Positions 37,600 to 52,301 of a DNA stretch of 64,000 nt are shown in pieces (the stretch's first letter is position 1; each line of letters starts with the position of its first letter). Source of the DNA: Azolla caroliniana. Its lineage: Eukaryota; Plantae; Polypodiophyta. Below the pieces are notes generated by a model. It saw only the letters and a program-made list of their open reading frames with translations. It made no database searches and was not told the DNA's origin. The translations under genes were made by a program, and so were the position numbers. Location of the stretch: contig JBHGNT010000021.1 in the NCBI GenBank assembly GCA_043228905.1, forward strand, positions 12,648,001 to 12,712,000. The letters are read 5' to 3'.

Positions 37600-39345
37600 G
37601 CTTTCCGATTAAGCAGTCGACACTCTTCTCCAAGTGTACTCCTTTCACCTATGGGAGAAGTTCCTGGTCGGCCAACTCATGTGGTTGAGCCTCTTATGCC
37701 ATAACTCTCCACTTGCTACCACATTCACCTTCGACTTGCACAGTCGGGCATGCATCATATACAGTGTGCCCTCTTTCTGTGCTCGGGCCACTATGAGGTT
37801 TCCATGGCAGAACTTCCACTTGCCATTTTGGAAGCTACCACTATAGCCTTCTTCATCCAACTTTGCAGTCGATATTAGATTCAATCTGATATTGGGGACA
37901 TGTCGAACTTCCTTCAGGGTTAGTCGACACCCTATCGATGTTATCAAGCAAACACTTTCGACTCCAGCTATCTTGCACTCTCCATTGTCACCCATCTTTA
38001 CATAACCATGATCCCCGGCTATGTAAGTCGAGAAATACTCTCTTGACGGAGTTATATGGAAAGTTGCACTGAAGTCGATCACCCAAGTGCATTTATCACT
38101 CTCTAGGTTTGTAGTTGTCTGTTCACAGATGAATAGAAGTTCTTCATTGCTCATAGCAATGGCCGTAGTGACCTTTTCATTCGGAATCTTCCTAGGTTCG
38201 ACATTATTACCGACACTCTTGTCCTTCTTAAGATGTGGGCAATCCTTCTAGAAATGTTCAGGCTTTCCACAATAAAAGCATGTTAGCTTACCTCTAGACT
38301 TCGACTTGGCTTGAGACTTTTCTCTCCTTGGTGGACTCCTTTGCTGATTTCTTCCTATGTCGGTGTGTCAAGTCAAGTTTGACTCCGACTGGACCAGGGC
38401 ACACTTGTCCTTCCTTCTGGTCTCCTCATTCAAGATGCTTGTCTTTACCACTTGTAGAGACAAGTTCTCTTCTTGACATGAGGTGCTGAGGGTCACCACC
38501 AGGTTCTCCTAGTTGTCCGGCAAAGTACACAACAACAGGATGGCCTGCATTGCATCCTCAAGGGGGAACTTGGTTGCAACAAGTTGATTTACGTACCCCA
38601 TAAATGTGTTGATGTGTTCGACGATGCTCTCACCATCTCTGTGTTCCAGTCGTACGATCTTTCTCATCAGTGAGGTTTTATTGAGGGCATTCTTCCTCTC
38701 GTATAGTCCTGATAGCTTCTACCACATCTCGTGGGCATTTGTGTCGTTTGCCACATGTTGAAGGACACTTACATCGACGCACTGTCGGATGGCGGCCACC
38801 GCCTTTCTGTTAAGAAGTTTCCATTCCGATTCTAATACCCTCTTGGCACAATACAAGAGAAGTACAAAGTGAGATCACACAATACAACACTCTCCACTCT
38901 TAGTGTATCATCCACACAAGGCTCTTGGCACCAAACCTCACTTGGCTATGGCGCTAGTCTCTCTCTTTCCCTCTCTATCACACGCTTCTCTATTCTACAC
39001 TATACAACAGACTCACTCTTGCTCACACACTGCTGTTCTATGCTCTATTCTTTGCACTGTCATGACATATCTGTTTGCCCTAGGTGTATTTATACTAATA
39101 CACAAAATGGGCTATTTACAATCATGGCTATTATTATTATCTGATAATAATAGTAGTCTTACTATTCCGTTGACTCATCCGTTGACTGTTGGGTCGATCC
39201 GACTAGTCGGCCTGGTCATCAACCATCCGGTCGGCCCGACTAGTAGGTCGTGTCTTCGACCTTGATCAACTCTTGTCGACTCTCCATGTCGACTCTCTCA
39301 AAGTCGACTCCTCGATTGTCGGCTCTCTCCAAGCAGTTGACTCCT
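37600..39345 (-). mobile_element. Degenerate copia fragment: LTR remnant about 38845-39345, gag, protease, pre-integrase
   Basis: WKLLNRKAVAAIRQCV gag, zinc knuckle CFYCGKPEHF, WVIDFSATFH, LWHKRLNHMS. Confidence 0.85.
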
Positions 39346-42300
39346 CCCATTGGAGGGACATATTCCTAATAGACCGGACCGTGCTCGACACAAGCAGGGT
39401 CCTACTGTTCATCAAGTCGGTAGACGCGCTTGATCAAGAGAAGGTGGGTCTCCTCTTGGAGGTGGATGAAGGGATCACGACTGACTGGGCCGTTGTCAAA
39501 ATAGTTTGTAGAAGTTTTGACAAGTGGCGGGAGTGGACGATGCAAGGGCGTTAATAGCCGACCCAACTACTGAGAAGAGGTCAGAGGAGATTCTGACTCG
39601 GTCGAAAGATTCTAGGTTGCTCGAGTCGGGCGCGGCTCCATCCGAGGTGGTGAAGGGACCATCTAGGGGCGCAACTCTGGAGGAGCTAACGAAGATGGTA
39701 AGAGACCTCCAGAATGCCCATGCCCGGAGGGAAGGCGACGACCAATCACGCGAGCCGCACCCACCGATCAACCAGAGGTGCATGTGGTGTGACAACATCA
39801 GCCACATGCGGAGAGACTACGTCGACTTCGCCAAAGCCCTTAAGAACAACGTGGTGTACCTGTGGAACGGATGGGTGCATGTGAGCGAAACATGGAGGCC
39901 CCTTGAACTGAAGATTGGCAAGGGCAGTATGAAGGTGTTGATGGAGGAGGTTGCGGCGCAACACGTGGAGACCGTCCACTACTCGACATTGGCAGGAATC
40001 AGGGTAGGCAAAGAGAAGGGCACCGGCCCCGGGATGGACGCCGGATTCTGGATGCTAGTACTTGATGGCCTATCCAGAGTGAGGCTAAGGAAGGAGGAGG
40101 TAGACCGCGCGGAGAGGCAGGTTCAAATGGGCACCAGGTGGAACAACTCGGTGGAAGAGAAAACCGGCTTCGTGGAAATTGCATGCCAGAACTATGAGGT
40201 TCTGGTTGAAGACAAGCGAGCCGGAAAGGCAAGAGGGGCCAGTCCCTTGAACCAATATGAGACCTGGAGTGGGCCGAAGAAGAATGATGGAGGCCCAGCC
40301 GGCCCCTAGGAGAAGACGAAGTTGTCGAGCTTCCAGTTGAGCTCGGAGATAAAGAGAGCGACGGACCTGCGAAAGGTCTTGGAGGAACGAATCCTCGACA
40401 ACCGGGTGGAACTCACCTTGAGGGAGGTGCTTGGGAAAGCAAAGGAGTTCCACGATTCTATCGTCGACCTAGTGAAGAGAAAGCGGCTCTCGTCGGAGTC
40501 AGAGCCGGAGCATCTGGTCAAAGTGAAGGCGGACCACATTGAAGAGGCGGTGATGGAAGAAGAATTCCCAAATAGTCTCTTCCTGAAGCCGCACTAGGCA
40601 AGAGCGACAACGGAGACCCCGATCCAGATTGGGGGATGTGCAGGAGCCGGTAGTAGCGCTGATCGACCACGGATCAGAAATCAACCTGATGTCGATGGAC
40701 TTCTATAAGAAGGGTAAGTGGCCGATCAATACCAAACATGGGTGAAAGATACGCGGGACAACTTGCACCATGGGGCATGCCCAAACGTCCGAGTGAAGGT
40801 CGGCAATGTCGAGATTGACCAACACTTCTTCATGTAAGAGACATCTGCCCATCCGGTCATTCTCGGCGAACCATACATCACGATTGCTCCGATGGAGACA
40901 AAGGTGTTGGATAACGGTTTGGCCTATTCACGGGTGAAAAGCCAGGATGGTCGGCATTCCGTCCAGTTCTTGACGGTCCAGCCAAACCACGAGCAGAATC
41001 GGGGTTCAAGGCGTGAGGCCACGAGGATTTTTAGAGAGGGCTATCAAGGTGTGGGGCCGTGATAGTCCGGACATCCGGAAGGACCCCACACTTGTACCAT
41101 AGGTAGGAAATGTTGGTTCTCCGACAGCGGATGTGGTACAACAACCGCATCGGTGGCAGGGAGAAGAAGCGAGTTGAAAGGCGTGTGGAGCCCTGTGTTA
41201 GGAAACAGGTCCCTCCGGATGGGAAGTGAGAAGAACAGTACTGATGAGCAAACTCGGTCGAGGTTGAAATCGGATGAAGGGTGTTCCCGGCTACGGAAGA
41301 CCCGGTGAGAACCGGATGACAAGTGCCTGGCAAGAGCCGGATGGTGAAGGCCTGGTGAGAAGTGCTCACTGGATGAAGGGACATATTCGTAAATATGTTT
41401 CTGAGAGTCCATTGAGGCTATATTTGTAAATAGCCGAAAAGTCATATTAGTATAAATATGACTTAGGGCAAACTTTATGTGTGTAATGCGTTGTTGTTGT
41501 CATTCTTGTTTTTGCGCAAGATTAGAGCGTGCAACTGTGTATAGAGAGAGTGAGAGAGAGACAGAGGTAATTGCCTTTGTTGTAATCGCCGCTTGTGGCG
41601 AAGATAGAAAGCTCGAGGTCGTTGCTTCGGTGCTTTACCATTTTGTACATTCTGACATAGTGATAGTTTGCAGCCTGTGGGCTGTCGTGGTTTTTCCCCT
41701 ACTTTGGGTTTTCCACGTTAACATCCCGTGTACTCTTCTCTCCATTGTGTCGTGTTTTCATTTCCCATTTTCTGTGTATGATTCTAAGCTCGGTTGTGGC
41801 CGAGCGTTGCGCATAGGGAGCGTGCAGTTCCTATCACCCTGGACCCAGATGACTCAGTAAGTGGCACTGTGGAGCAGTCTCATTCGACGACACCCTCGGG
41901 GAGATCGAGAAGGTGATCAAAGAAGGCCTAAGCGAAGACCAAATGATTTCGGTCAATTCGGTCAAGATGTATGAAGTCATCGAGAACTTCGGGAGGATGG
42001 TCGGGTCGGATCGGACGGCCCGAGTGGATACCAAGTATAAGACTATGGACCAGAAGGTGAGGCCAGTTGCGGCACCCTTACTAGAGGACAACTGGGAGTG
42101 AATGAAGGGGGTCGCGATCGACCCAAGTTTACGAGATTCGGCTGGCATAGGACACTGGTTCATCGAGGAGACGTTGCAGAAGCTCAAGATTGGTGGGGGT
42201 GGCTTCCTACTGCCAACACAGGAAGAACGGTTTCGGAGAATGCTCGAAAGGCATGGTGAGGCCTTTGCATTCTTGCTGAAGGAGATCGGGTGCGTCGACC

Positions 42301-44215
42301 CGAAAATTGTAGAACCGATGGTGATCTTCACGGTACCGCATGTGCCATGGAGTCTCAAACCGATTCCGGTACCGAGGGCTCACATCCTAAAGTTGATGGA
42401 GCTTCTCATGGAGAAAATGGAGATGGGGATTCTTGAACCGTCGAGTGCACCCTATTCGAATAAGTGGTTTATGGTGTTGAAGAAGAACAACACTCTGCGC
42501 TTCATCCAGGACCTGCAACCTGTCAACAAGGTGACAATTCGGAATGCAGGTGTCGGGCCGACAATTGACGAGTTTGCGCAGGCCTTCGCCGGAAGGTCAA
42601 TATACGCGGTCAGCGACTTATACTCTGGGTACCACCAATTCTAGCTAGCCATGGAAAGTAGGGATATCACAACGATGTGAACCCCTCTCAACCTAGTTCG
42701 GATGTGTACCCTACCACAGGGTGGAACAAATTCGGTGGCACACATGGTGAATGCGATGAACATCACCATGCTGTTTTTGGACGAATCAATCGGAGTGAAC
42801 GGATGCCGGAATTTTGTCGTGGACCACATCTCCGACTGTGAGAAGATATTGTAGAGGCTCGAGGGCGCTCGGCTTACCTTCTCCGGGGAGAAGTCGACTT
42901 TTGGACAATCTGAGATCCTAGTGGTTGGTCACCTGTGTGGAACATATGGTTGTAAACTGTCTTTGGCAAAGTTGGAAGCCATCTCGGCGATGAGGGAAGA
43001 GTGCAAGTTGGTCACGGAAATCCGACGATTCATGGGAGCATGCGCCTTCTACCACATATGGATCCCACATTACACGCACATCACTAAGCCGCTCTATGGC
43101 TTACTGAAGAAGGGGCAGACATTAGAATGGAAAGGAGTGCACATAGAGGCGGTCCGGAGATTGAAGGAGAGGCTGACGGCGGCACCGGCTCTCTGGAAAG
43201 TAGTGTACAAGGTGAACACCTCGGTCTATGTGACGGTGGACATGAGTCCGACCGGAATTGGGTGGGTGGTCAATCAGGAGGGTGAGGCCGGTGCGCGGTA
43301 CCCCATCTGATTCGGTGCGAAGGTGTTAAGTGAGCGGCTGCGAGGATACACCCAAGTTAAACGAGAACTATGGGGTATCGTTTTGGCGGTCAAGGCCGAT
43401 AAAGATGATTTGATCGGGACATAGGTAATCATAGTGACGGACTGTCTACCAATTCTCGGTATGGTTTCTGGATGCGCGACTCCGGACCTGGCAATGCTCA
43501 GGTGGATCGTGTACATCAAGTCCCTGAATCCAGAGATATGGCACATCTCCGGAAAAGACAACGCCATGGCCGATATGCTGTCGAGGGCGCACTTCGAGAA
43601 CAAGGACGACATGGTGTGGGAAGATGAAAAAGTCGGCGTGGACTTCTTCGAGTTGGCTCGGATGTCAGCAAATAGACAAAGCACTCTGATCCTTATCGAG
43701 TTCAACGAGAATGACTACGACGGGGAGTGGCTTCAAATCGGGAGGTTCCTAAGCACGATGGCACTGGACACGTCGTGGACAAAGGAAGAAGCGAGCCAGA
43801 TCAGGAAGAAGGCATATCGGTTCTTTCTACGAAACGGTAAGATCTTGCGACATCCGAAGAAGCAGACCGGCACACCACTCCGGATGGTGGTGAAAGGAGA
43901 GGAACAGTCAGTGCTCGTGTCAAAATTTCACAAAAGCCCCTAGTCCGGACACTGGGGCACATGGGCCATGTTCAAGAAGCTGAAGGAGAAGTACTAGTGG
44001 CCGAGAATGTATCGTGATGTGCACCACTTCGTGACGACATGCGAGAGTTGTGTGGTACATTCTGGAATCCGGCACCGCGACGAGTTGCACCCGACCTACC
44101 CGCCAACCTTTCACTTCAAGTGGATGGATGATTTAGTGACAATGCCGATGGGGGTAGGGCAAATGCGGTACCTGGTGCTTGCAAGAGAGGACCTGACGAA
44201 CCAGATGGAGGGCTT
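39346..44215 (+). mobile_element. Older, truncated copy of the tRNA-Trp Ty3/gypsy family (gag-protease, RT, RNase H, part of integrase), split by a copia solo LTR
   Basis: Collinear with 56939-62544 throughout (DTSRVLLF, RCMWCD, LIDHGSEINL, GGATTTTTAG, PWSLKPIPVPRAH, DLYSGY); many premature stops. Confidence 0.93.
41196..41836 (+). mobile_element. Copia solo LTR with 5-bp TSD CCCTG
   Basis: TG...CA termini; CCCTG at 41191-41195 and 41837-41841; same family as LTR 5015-5739. Confidence 0.95.
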
Positions 44216-46095
44216 GGAGGGGATGTACGTTACAAAATCGGTCCAATATTCCTCTTTTTGAGAGGAGATATTTGACTGCCACGATTCCCAGAGTATTGAT
44301 GAGGTACATTAAACACCCTCACTTTCACACCCCCACTATGTATGCAAGTGCACTATTGTACACATGACACTTATTCTTAACTAAGTCTCGTGCACTTTAG
44401 CACCCTTACATTTTCCTTTTATTTCTATTTACATTTTCTCTATGTACATGTGCAACCGTTGCACATGGTCGACCTTGATCGTTCCCCTCGGTTTTCTCAC
44501 TGTTGCCGGAAATCCTCACAACACCGCTTGTGCCACAAGTCGATATCCGACTCGACTTTTTGCCCTTTCGCAAACGTAGCGGTTCCGACTTCATTTGTTT
44601 TGAGGATAAACATCCTCCCTTCCTGGTGCCCTTGTGCAATGACTTTGCCTTCTTCTTCGATGAACCACCCGATATGTGTGAACCGGACCTACATCCCTTG
44701 GTCGACAATTTGTCCAACCGACACTAGATTCTTTTTTATTGTCAGGACGCGTTGAATGTTCATCAGCTTCCCCTTCTGTCTAACATGGTTTAAGGGGATT
44801 TCACCGACATGTTCTATGGTATGTGGGGTGTCGTCACCGGTTTCGACGACCCTCGGTTGTCTAGTTTCTCCAACTAAGAGAATCACTCCTCGTGGCTCGT
44901 CATATGGTTTGACGCTCCGGAGTCAACATACCATACCTCATTCGGTTTCAAGGTACTTGCCTTCATCGAATTAGCCTTGTGATTCATCACAAAGGTTGGG
45001 CCCGATCCATTTCCGGTATTTGCGGTTCCGGATTTGTCCGAATCGGTGCATTTCTTCCAGCACACGCTCTCCCGATGGCCTTTCTTGCCACAATACCAAC
45101 ATTCTGTCTCGACCTTTTCTTGTCAGTGTCCAGCGCCGCCTTGACTCCCCATGTTTTCGAAGGGTCTGGAATTGTTGTTGGCATTTCGATTATATCTTCT
45201 GTTTTGCTCCTGTCGGCCGCTGACATTGCGTGCTGACCCTCCTCATCCACAACGACCATGGGGTCTATCTTCCTCCTTGTACAACATCTTGTTGTCGGTG
45301 TGCGTACTTGTCGACACACCCACATGGTTCTCTTCAATGAGAAGCATCGATTGCAACTCGAAGAATGACCGCGTATTCTCTCTCATGTAGACCGCCGTCC
45401 GGAATGATCCAAACTTCTGCGCCAATCCTCCAAGATAGACTTGCACCATTTCGTCCTCCTCGACGGTCATGTTGATGGAGGCGAGAGAGTCGCAAATGTC
45501 CTTGATCCGAGAGGTGTAATCAACCACCGACATGTCTCTTTGTCGGACATTGCTCAGCTCTTGTATGAGTTGAAGCTTTCTGGTTGTGGTGCTTGCGGCA
45601 CATATCTTCTTTAGATTCCCCCAAGCCTCCTTTGGCGTCTTGGCGTCCCGGATATAGCTCAATAGCTGATCACTAACACTAGATGTGAGCAGTAGAGAAC
45701 TCTACTTAACGACTACTCCCAAGCCGGAAAATCCTTGAGTGTCGAATCCAGTGCTACATCATTTTCTCGTTCGACATAACTCTAATATCCATGTCCTAAC
45801 AAATATTGGTGCATCTTGTATGACCAAGATGCGTTGTTGTTTCTGTCCAACTTCCCATACCTCTGTCCATTTCTCTTATTATCTATTCTTACTGGGTGTT
45901 AGGTCTTGGTTTGTACTGAAAACTCTTGTCGGCAATAGAGGATGTTCTAACCCTCGCGCTCTGATACCATGTGATAGAAGTAATGTGGAAGCTAAACAGA
46001 ACTCAACCGCCTCGTCCGGATAGCAACAAAAAACACAGAGAATGGAACACACAGAGAAAGAGAAAAAGAGAGACAGAGAGAGCAAACCAGGCAAG
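44216..46095 (-). mobile_element. Internally deleted copia element (partial 5' LTR, PBS 45958-45969, gag, protease, putative PPT and partial 3' LTR); no INT/RT/RH
   Basis: TGGTATCAGAGC; gag AKTPKEAWGNL; WYVDSGASNHMT; reading stops just after LWHKR; AGTGGGGG followed by TGTGAAAG near 44330. Confidence 0.75.
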
Positions 46096-48142
46096 ATTGT
46101 GATTGCAAATCAGGATCTAATGGGCAATATATGGCATACTACTGCATGTTGGATAATCGTGCCCAAGATGATGAAAGTGATAAAAAGGTTTATCAAAAAT
46201 TTCTTATGGGGGGGCACAAAGGAAAAATAGGCTCATGCAATGGTTGCATGGACCACACTTATAATATAAAAAAGTGATGGGGTGGGACTAATAGATCCCG
46301 TGGTGCAAACGAAGTTCTTGATAGGCAAATTGGTGGTCAGGAGCTTGCAACCACCTGAGGCACCTTGGAAAATTCTTTGGAGACACAGATGGAAGATGTG
46401 ATTGCCAAGACAAAGTGGAAGTTGGCCAAGTAGCTCTTTTTGGGGTTTTGTGCAAGAAATGCAACCCAAATACCGGGGATGTACATAGAGTATATGTGCT
46501 ATTGGAATTATGAAGGCGTGGCAAGGAATTAGAAAGGGAATCGTTTGTAGGTGCAGAAATGATGCATATGCCTGAATGTACATGCCTATTGTTTGGAACC
46601 CATTGATTAGAGATGTGGATGGACTGGTAATAGGACAAAAAGCAGGCTTCAAATGGGCCAACTTAATCAATGCCCAAGGGAATGCATTGTCGGATTGGAA
46701 GATATTTCGATCTAATGATGTGGGCACTCAAAAGGCTAGAATATGGAGGATAATCATGGGTAAAAGCATGTTAATGAGAATTATAGATGCCATTGCACGT
46801 AGCAGGCAAACCTTGGAAGATGACACTATAAGTCCCTCCGAAATTGAATGGACAGGACTGATAGATGCTAGAAATTATCTAATTGGAATTAAGGGAATCA
46901 AAGCAGGATCTAATAAGGCATGCCACTACAAAATAGAGCATGAATGGAAATATGTGAGCAACCATCCTATCAAATTGAAAGGCCGATTAGGTTGCTTGCA
47001 AAATGGAAAGAATATGATGGTTGAGCCGAAGCAGAGTGAGATAAAATTGACGACACTGTGTTGGCTGATAGAAGGGCATTCGAATCAGCTATCATGGGAC
47101 CCAACGATGTACTTTTGGAGAACTCAAGGACGAATTGATGGTGCCAAGTTGGTTCAATTTTTAAGGTACAACACGAAAATCGTGAGGCAAATTATTCTAG
47201 AACAAGAACACAATGATATTGCAACACGTAAATATTGGATACAAGCGAACATTAGTGAAAGGATGTTAGATAAATTCTAGAAAACGATATGGCATGATAG
47301 TGGTGACTGCAAGATAATGATGTGTGTATGGCTTATTGTGCATAGAGCCTTGCCGGTAGGGGCGTGGGCTAAAGGCCCCAATGTAGACCCTAGATGTAGT
47401 GCATGTGGACAGCTAGAAAGCATTTTCCATTGTCTGTGGGAATGTCACGAGGCAATGGTTGTATGGGGAAGGGCATTACAATTGCTATGCCATGCCTCTA
47501 ACTCATTTACCCTCAAATGGGGAAATTCTTGTTGGAACTGTCTTGATGATGATGTGGAGAAATTTGATAGCACATGCAAAGAAATGTACAGAGGGGAGAA
47601 TGGAACTATTCGATTGTTCATGATAACAGGGCACCAATAGTTAGTGCCTAGAAGCAGAAAATTGGAGATCTATGGATGTTGCTTGCACCCATTATCATAT
47701 GGAGCATATGGACAAGAAGATGTACCAGGGTATTTTCAGCAAACAAACGACCTCCAATAGAATCTATTAAGCTAATATGGCACACATTAATAACTACATT
47801 GAGGGCCCAATATGAGCGGATTGATGGAACATATGATGCTTCGGAACTAATGAGGTTGAATTTCAGAAAACGATGGTGTACTACACTGATGGCTGTAGAA
47901 ACTGGAATGGATATACGTTGGTAGTAAGTAGTACCCAGATGGTTGTTCCCCCCTCCCATTAGATGAAAGAGGGGCGTGAATGGCATGAGACACATAGAGA
48001 TCAAACATGTGGACTATTGAGTGTAAGATAAATAAGTGATGTCGCCCATATAGAAGTAGGTAATGACTACCCGATAATGGGACTAAAGTTGTGTACTAAA
48101 TGACATTTTAACTAATGGAATATATTCTTATTTGGTAAAAAA
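46096..48142 (+). mobile_element. L1-clade LINE, 3' portion of ORF2 with zf-RVT and short poly(A)
   Basis: IKNFLWGG...VAW...GVGL, WLIVHRALPV...CSACGQLESIFHCLWEC, IIWSIWTRR; A-rich end near 48136. Confidence 0.85.
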
Positions 48143-50755
48143 GAGTTATTTCTCTAACTTACTCCTAAAAAGGACTCTCCTCTCCCCGAGCAACCTGAAT
48201 TTTCCCCTACATGTATGTACTTAGTCTTGGAGGGTTTCATGGTATGTTGGGCCAAATTGCATTTCTTTTTAGTGAGTCCTATATACAACAATATCCCACA
48301 AAAAGGCCAACGTACGACCAAGACTTATACAAGATTCATTTATATACATATATGTAGGCAACTATTGCTACTAACTACATGTGCCGACATTATCCACAAC
48401 CATCTTGTGCACACATCTCCATTTTGGTAATGTAGGAACCCCATCTCCAATTTCATGTGCATGGATCAAGATCCACAATCCATGTCGATGGGTGAGTCAT
48501 GATCCTTGATTGGCAATCGAGGGTGAGAAGCATTGTATTAAAGTATGATATTTCCACTACTTTATCATAAGTAAGAAGTTTGGTAGTCTAAATATCATGC
48601 TTTAATACAATGCTTTTGCGTTTGATCACATTTGACTATGCATTCCACATATCTTTGACCAAACCCAATCCTTGCACGAATTTCCCTCTTAGTCACAGAG
48701 TGCACTTTCAATTATGACATAATCAATAAAGTTCTTGAATATCAAGAGTCGCTACTCATTTCACATGTATTATGTGAAAATGTTATATTTTCTGTCTTAT
48801 TGGTCATATTTTATCTCTGAATACGATAATAAAATTTCTCTGTCTCTCTATCTTTGTGTCTCTGTGTCTGTGTCTGTGTCTCCTTTTCTCACAAATATAA
48901 CACATACCTTATTGAATCAATTCCACCAGAACGAAATTTTCTTCTTGTTCACAAAATAGTCATGTTCCACATACACGATTCATATGTCCTATTAAACTTT
49001 CCATGGTATTAGATAAGTTGATGTCAAATTCTCATTATTTATTTTGTATATGTCAAGCTTGATCTTTCCTCAAATGCAGTTATAACTTTCATGAGGAAAA
49101 ACATTTCCTATGCCTAACTACGCATACATTGTTCGTGTATGAATAGACCTAATGGTTACCAAATTGTTACTAGGTTCTAGTCTCGCCTCATCTCAACACA
49201 ACCTCAAACTATATTAGGAAGAACATGAAAGAAAAATGGTTTTCTTGAATTAACAATCATTAACATATATGTGATGTTCAAGCTCCATTATAGCATAATT
49301 TATGAATGGTGATTTTCTACGTGAAATCTATGAACTTTTAAATAACATAAATCATGGACTCGATCTCTTTCCTATTGGCTGAGAGAGAATCATTTGTGAA
49401 TATTCTGAAAGGCTAAAGGTCCTAGAATTGAGTTAAAATTTACATTGAAATCAATGATGTGGCAATTGCCATTGAAATTCAAGCACATTTATGTAACTGA
49501 TCTTAGTATACATGGTGATTATAATTACATCTTTCAAACATTCAATCATTATACCTATCTTTGCTTATTAATATGTTGGTGATTCATTAAATATATTGTA
49601 GATATTTGTGCAAATCTAATATTGAGTTCAAATACATGGCATGTTTTGATATTTGCACTTTTATGTGTTACATATTTCCCGAGTATACTATATTTTTTCT
49701 AATTCTTTACTCCTCATTACTCATATTTATTGCCGCTTTTCAATGTTTTACTTATTGTCAAAGTAAATCCATGTGTGCTGAATTAACAAAAAAAAATTCA
49801 TTTGAATTTAATTTTCCAATGATAGGAGTTGTTATAAGCAACCAACGATTTGGTTGATACCTTCAATAAACACAAACTATGATGCAACATGCAAAGTCAA
49901 TGTGAACTTGCTCATATGCCCATAAAGGCTATAAAGAAAACGTTGGGTCTAAGTTTGTTTCTATATAAAATTATCTTTGGATTACTTATTGCTCAAATTT
50001 GTATTGTTGACATTCAACATATCTATGTCCAAGATTACAGGTATCAATTTATAAAGTGTCATCCTTATGACGAGTTCATAAGTTATGAGCATTGATAACA
50101 TCATATCGTAATAATCTATTTGATAAGAGTAATTTTAGTTTACATAAAAAATGTTTATGGATTGAAGAACTTGAAATAAGATCCCTTATTAATTCCTATT
50201 TATTTTTTTGTATTTATTTATATTTTAATATTTGCATTTGAAAATACTCATTCAAATCACTTGATCAAATATGAAATTTCTTAGTCATAAAGATGCAATT
50301 AATTGGTTTCATATTTGCACAATGGTTTCATTATAAAGCTTTTTTTGTGAAATTTGACCATATGCTTCACATACCTCAATTTCCTTTTCTTGCTGGCTTT
50401 TTCAACAAGTTTTGCAATTCAATTGACCTCAACTTTTGAAGTAAGCTTGAACCCAAGCTTTGTTGTTTAGTTTTGGTGAGAGTCTAGATCCAAGGGAAGC
50501 CATGGAACACATGTTTGCATCCAAACCTTCGAGGCAACTAAAAGAACCCTATAATAGAGAAGTACATGAAATAGTCATCGAGTCATTTTTTAGTGTTATA
50601 TCCCACCTAATCATTTCATGAGTTGTGAAATAACACGATTCATCAAGTTGAGTAAATGGACAAATCAAAGGTAATCGGTCATAAATCTACCACACAACCA
50701 TGCTTGAAATATAATGAGATTATACAAGCTACTACCCTTGATACATAAAGACTTT

Positions 50756-50776
50756 GGGGGGGGGGGGGGGGGGGGG
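50756..50776 (+). repeat. Poly(G) tract (21 nt)
   Basis: Directly visible. Confidence 0.9.
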
Positions 50777-51063
50777 ATCGTTCATTTTGCATTTTGAGCC
50801 TATGATTGGAGGCTTAGGTAGCTTAATCATATAAGCCTTCTATGCGCCCTTGTGATTTTCTACCATGTTGAAGTTCTTTATGTCATTGAAGGTTGAGAGT
50901 ACTATTTTGTAAAATTCTGAACCCCAACATTGAACTCTCTCTCTCTCTCTCTCTATCAATATATATATATATATATATATATCATTTTATTGCCCTCGCA
51001 TGAGCTCTCTTGCCAACTAAAAGCACATTTAACAAAGCCAACTGCTAAAAGCCACTTTGGTTC

Positions 51064-52301
51064 TTGCATGCATACTAAATTAAGTGTCAACAACTCTAAA
51101 ACAAATATTATGCTTGTGAAGAGCCAAAAAAAGATAAACCATGCATTATGTACAATAATGAGCCACTTGAATGTGGAAAGATTCAAATAACTTGGCCTTG
51201 AAGTTCCTTCAAATTATAGATGGAATGAATGTGCTACACGCCGCTTAGAGGCAGGAAAGAGAGCATATTATGCATTTGAGAACACATGCAATCATGGAGA
51301 TATTAAGTGTTGAGTCCTCAAGAAATACATTTTCTATTGTTTCGTGTTATTGGTGCTTCTCTATTGGGGATGGAAGTATGGGATGGTGGCATCCCTAAGT
51401 CTACTTGGAAAGAGTTTAAAATGTCCAAAAACATTTTCTTACAAAGTTTTTACATGTAAGGAAATCTAACATGGTGTTTGAAACAAACACCATACACCCT
51501 CCTCCTTGAGATAGAATAACTTCCCATTGAGATCATGGCCATGGAAAGGGTTGTTGAATATATGCTTAAGGTTCAAAAAAGTCCCTCACATCAACTTCCT
51601 AGAATTGCATGAGAAGCGAGCAAAAAGATCCAAAAGACGCATACAAGCCAAATTTTTTGTTCCAGTTGGATGCAAGATATGAAAAAATGGTTTGGTAGAT
51701 GGGGTGCAACACACTTGCTTCATGATGCATTACTAGTCGTTTGTAAATGAGGCCTTTTTGCAACCCAAATGTATCATGACATGGGACAAATGTGGAGGCT
51801 CAGGGTTCATACATTATACTACAGATGTTGCACCTAACTACAAAACCATATTTTTCGTAGAATGGGGAAACAATATCGTACATTGATACATGTTGGAGCC
51901 CATCCCATTGCCTACCATTCAAACCATTGCTTCCATGAGACTAGGCTTACATGCATTGCGATGTGAGATGGGGTGTTGGAGCACAAGTGACGAGAGTGGT
52001 CAACTATGCACACTTTTCCCTAAATAAGTTCAAGGATTGAGTATCACACTTGATACAATGCTCTACCTTTGATCATCTTTGACCACGCTTTCCACACATC
52101 TTCGACCAAGTTCAATCCTTGCATGAATTTCTCTCACAAGCACAAAGTGCATTCTCAATTGCAACATTCATTGGTAAAGTTCTTGAACATCGAGAATTGC
52201 TACTCACTTTCACATGTATCATGTGAAATGTAATATTTTTGGTCTCATAGGCCATATTTAACCTCTGAAGACGATAATCAAATCTATATATCTATCTATC
52301 T
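51064..52301 (+). mobile_element. Second, more truncated and decayed copy of the (ATCT)n-tailed LINE
   Basis: Aligns by eye to about 11389-12606 from TTGCATGCATACTAAATTAAG to the ATCT tail. Confidence 0.93.

Noticed and set aside
49600-50720. Possible hAT-like transposase relic (LDPR-like reading)
   Set aside because: Too degenerate; no TIR/TSD or continuous motifs visible.
50756-50776. Poly(G) tract as a functional G-quadruplex
   Set aside because: Isolated homopolymer in decayed intergenic DNA; its length is also assembly-sensitive.
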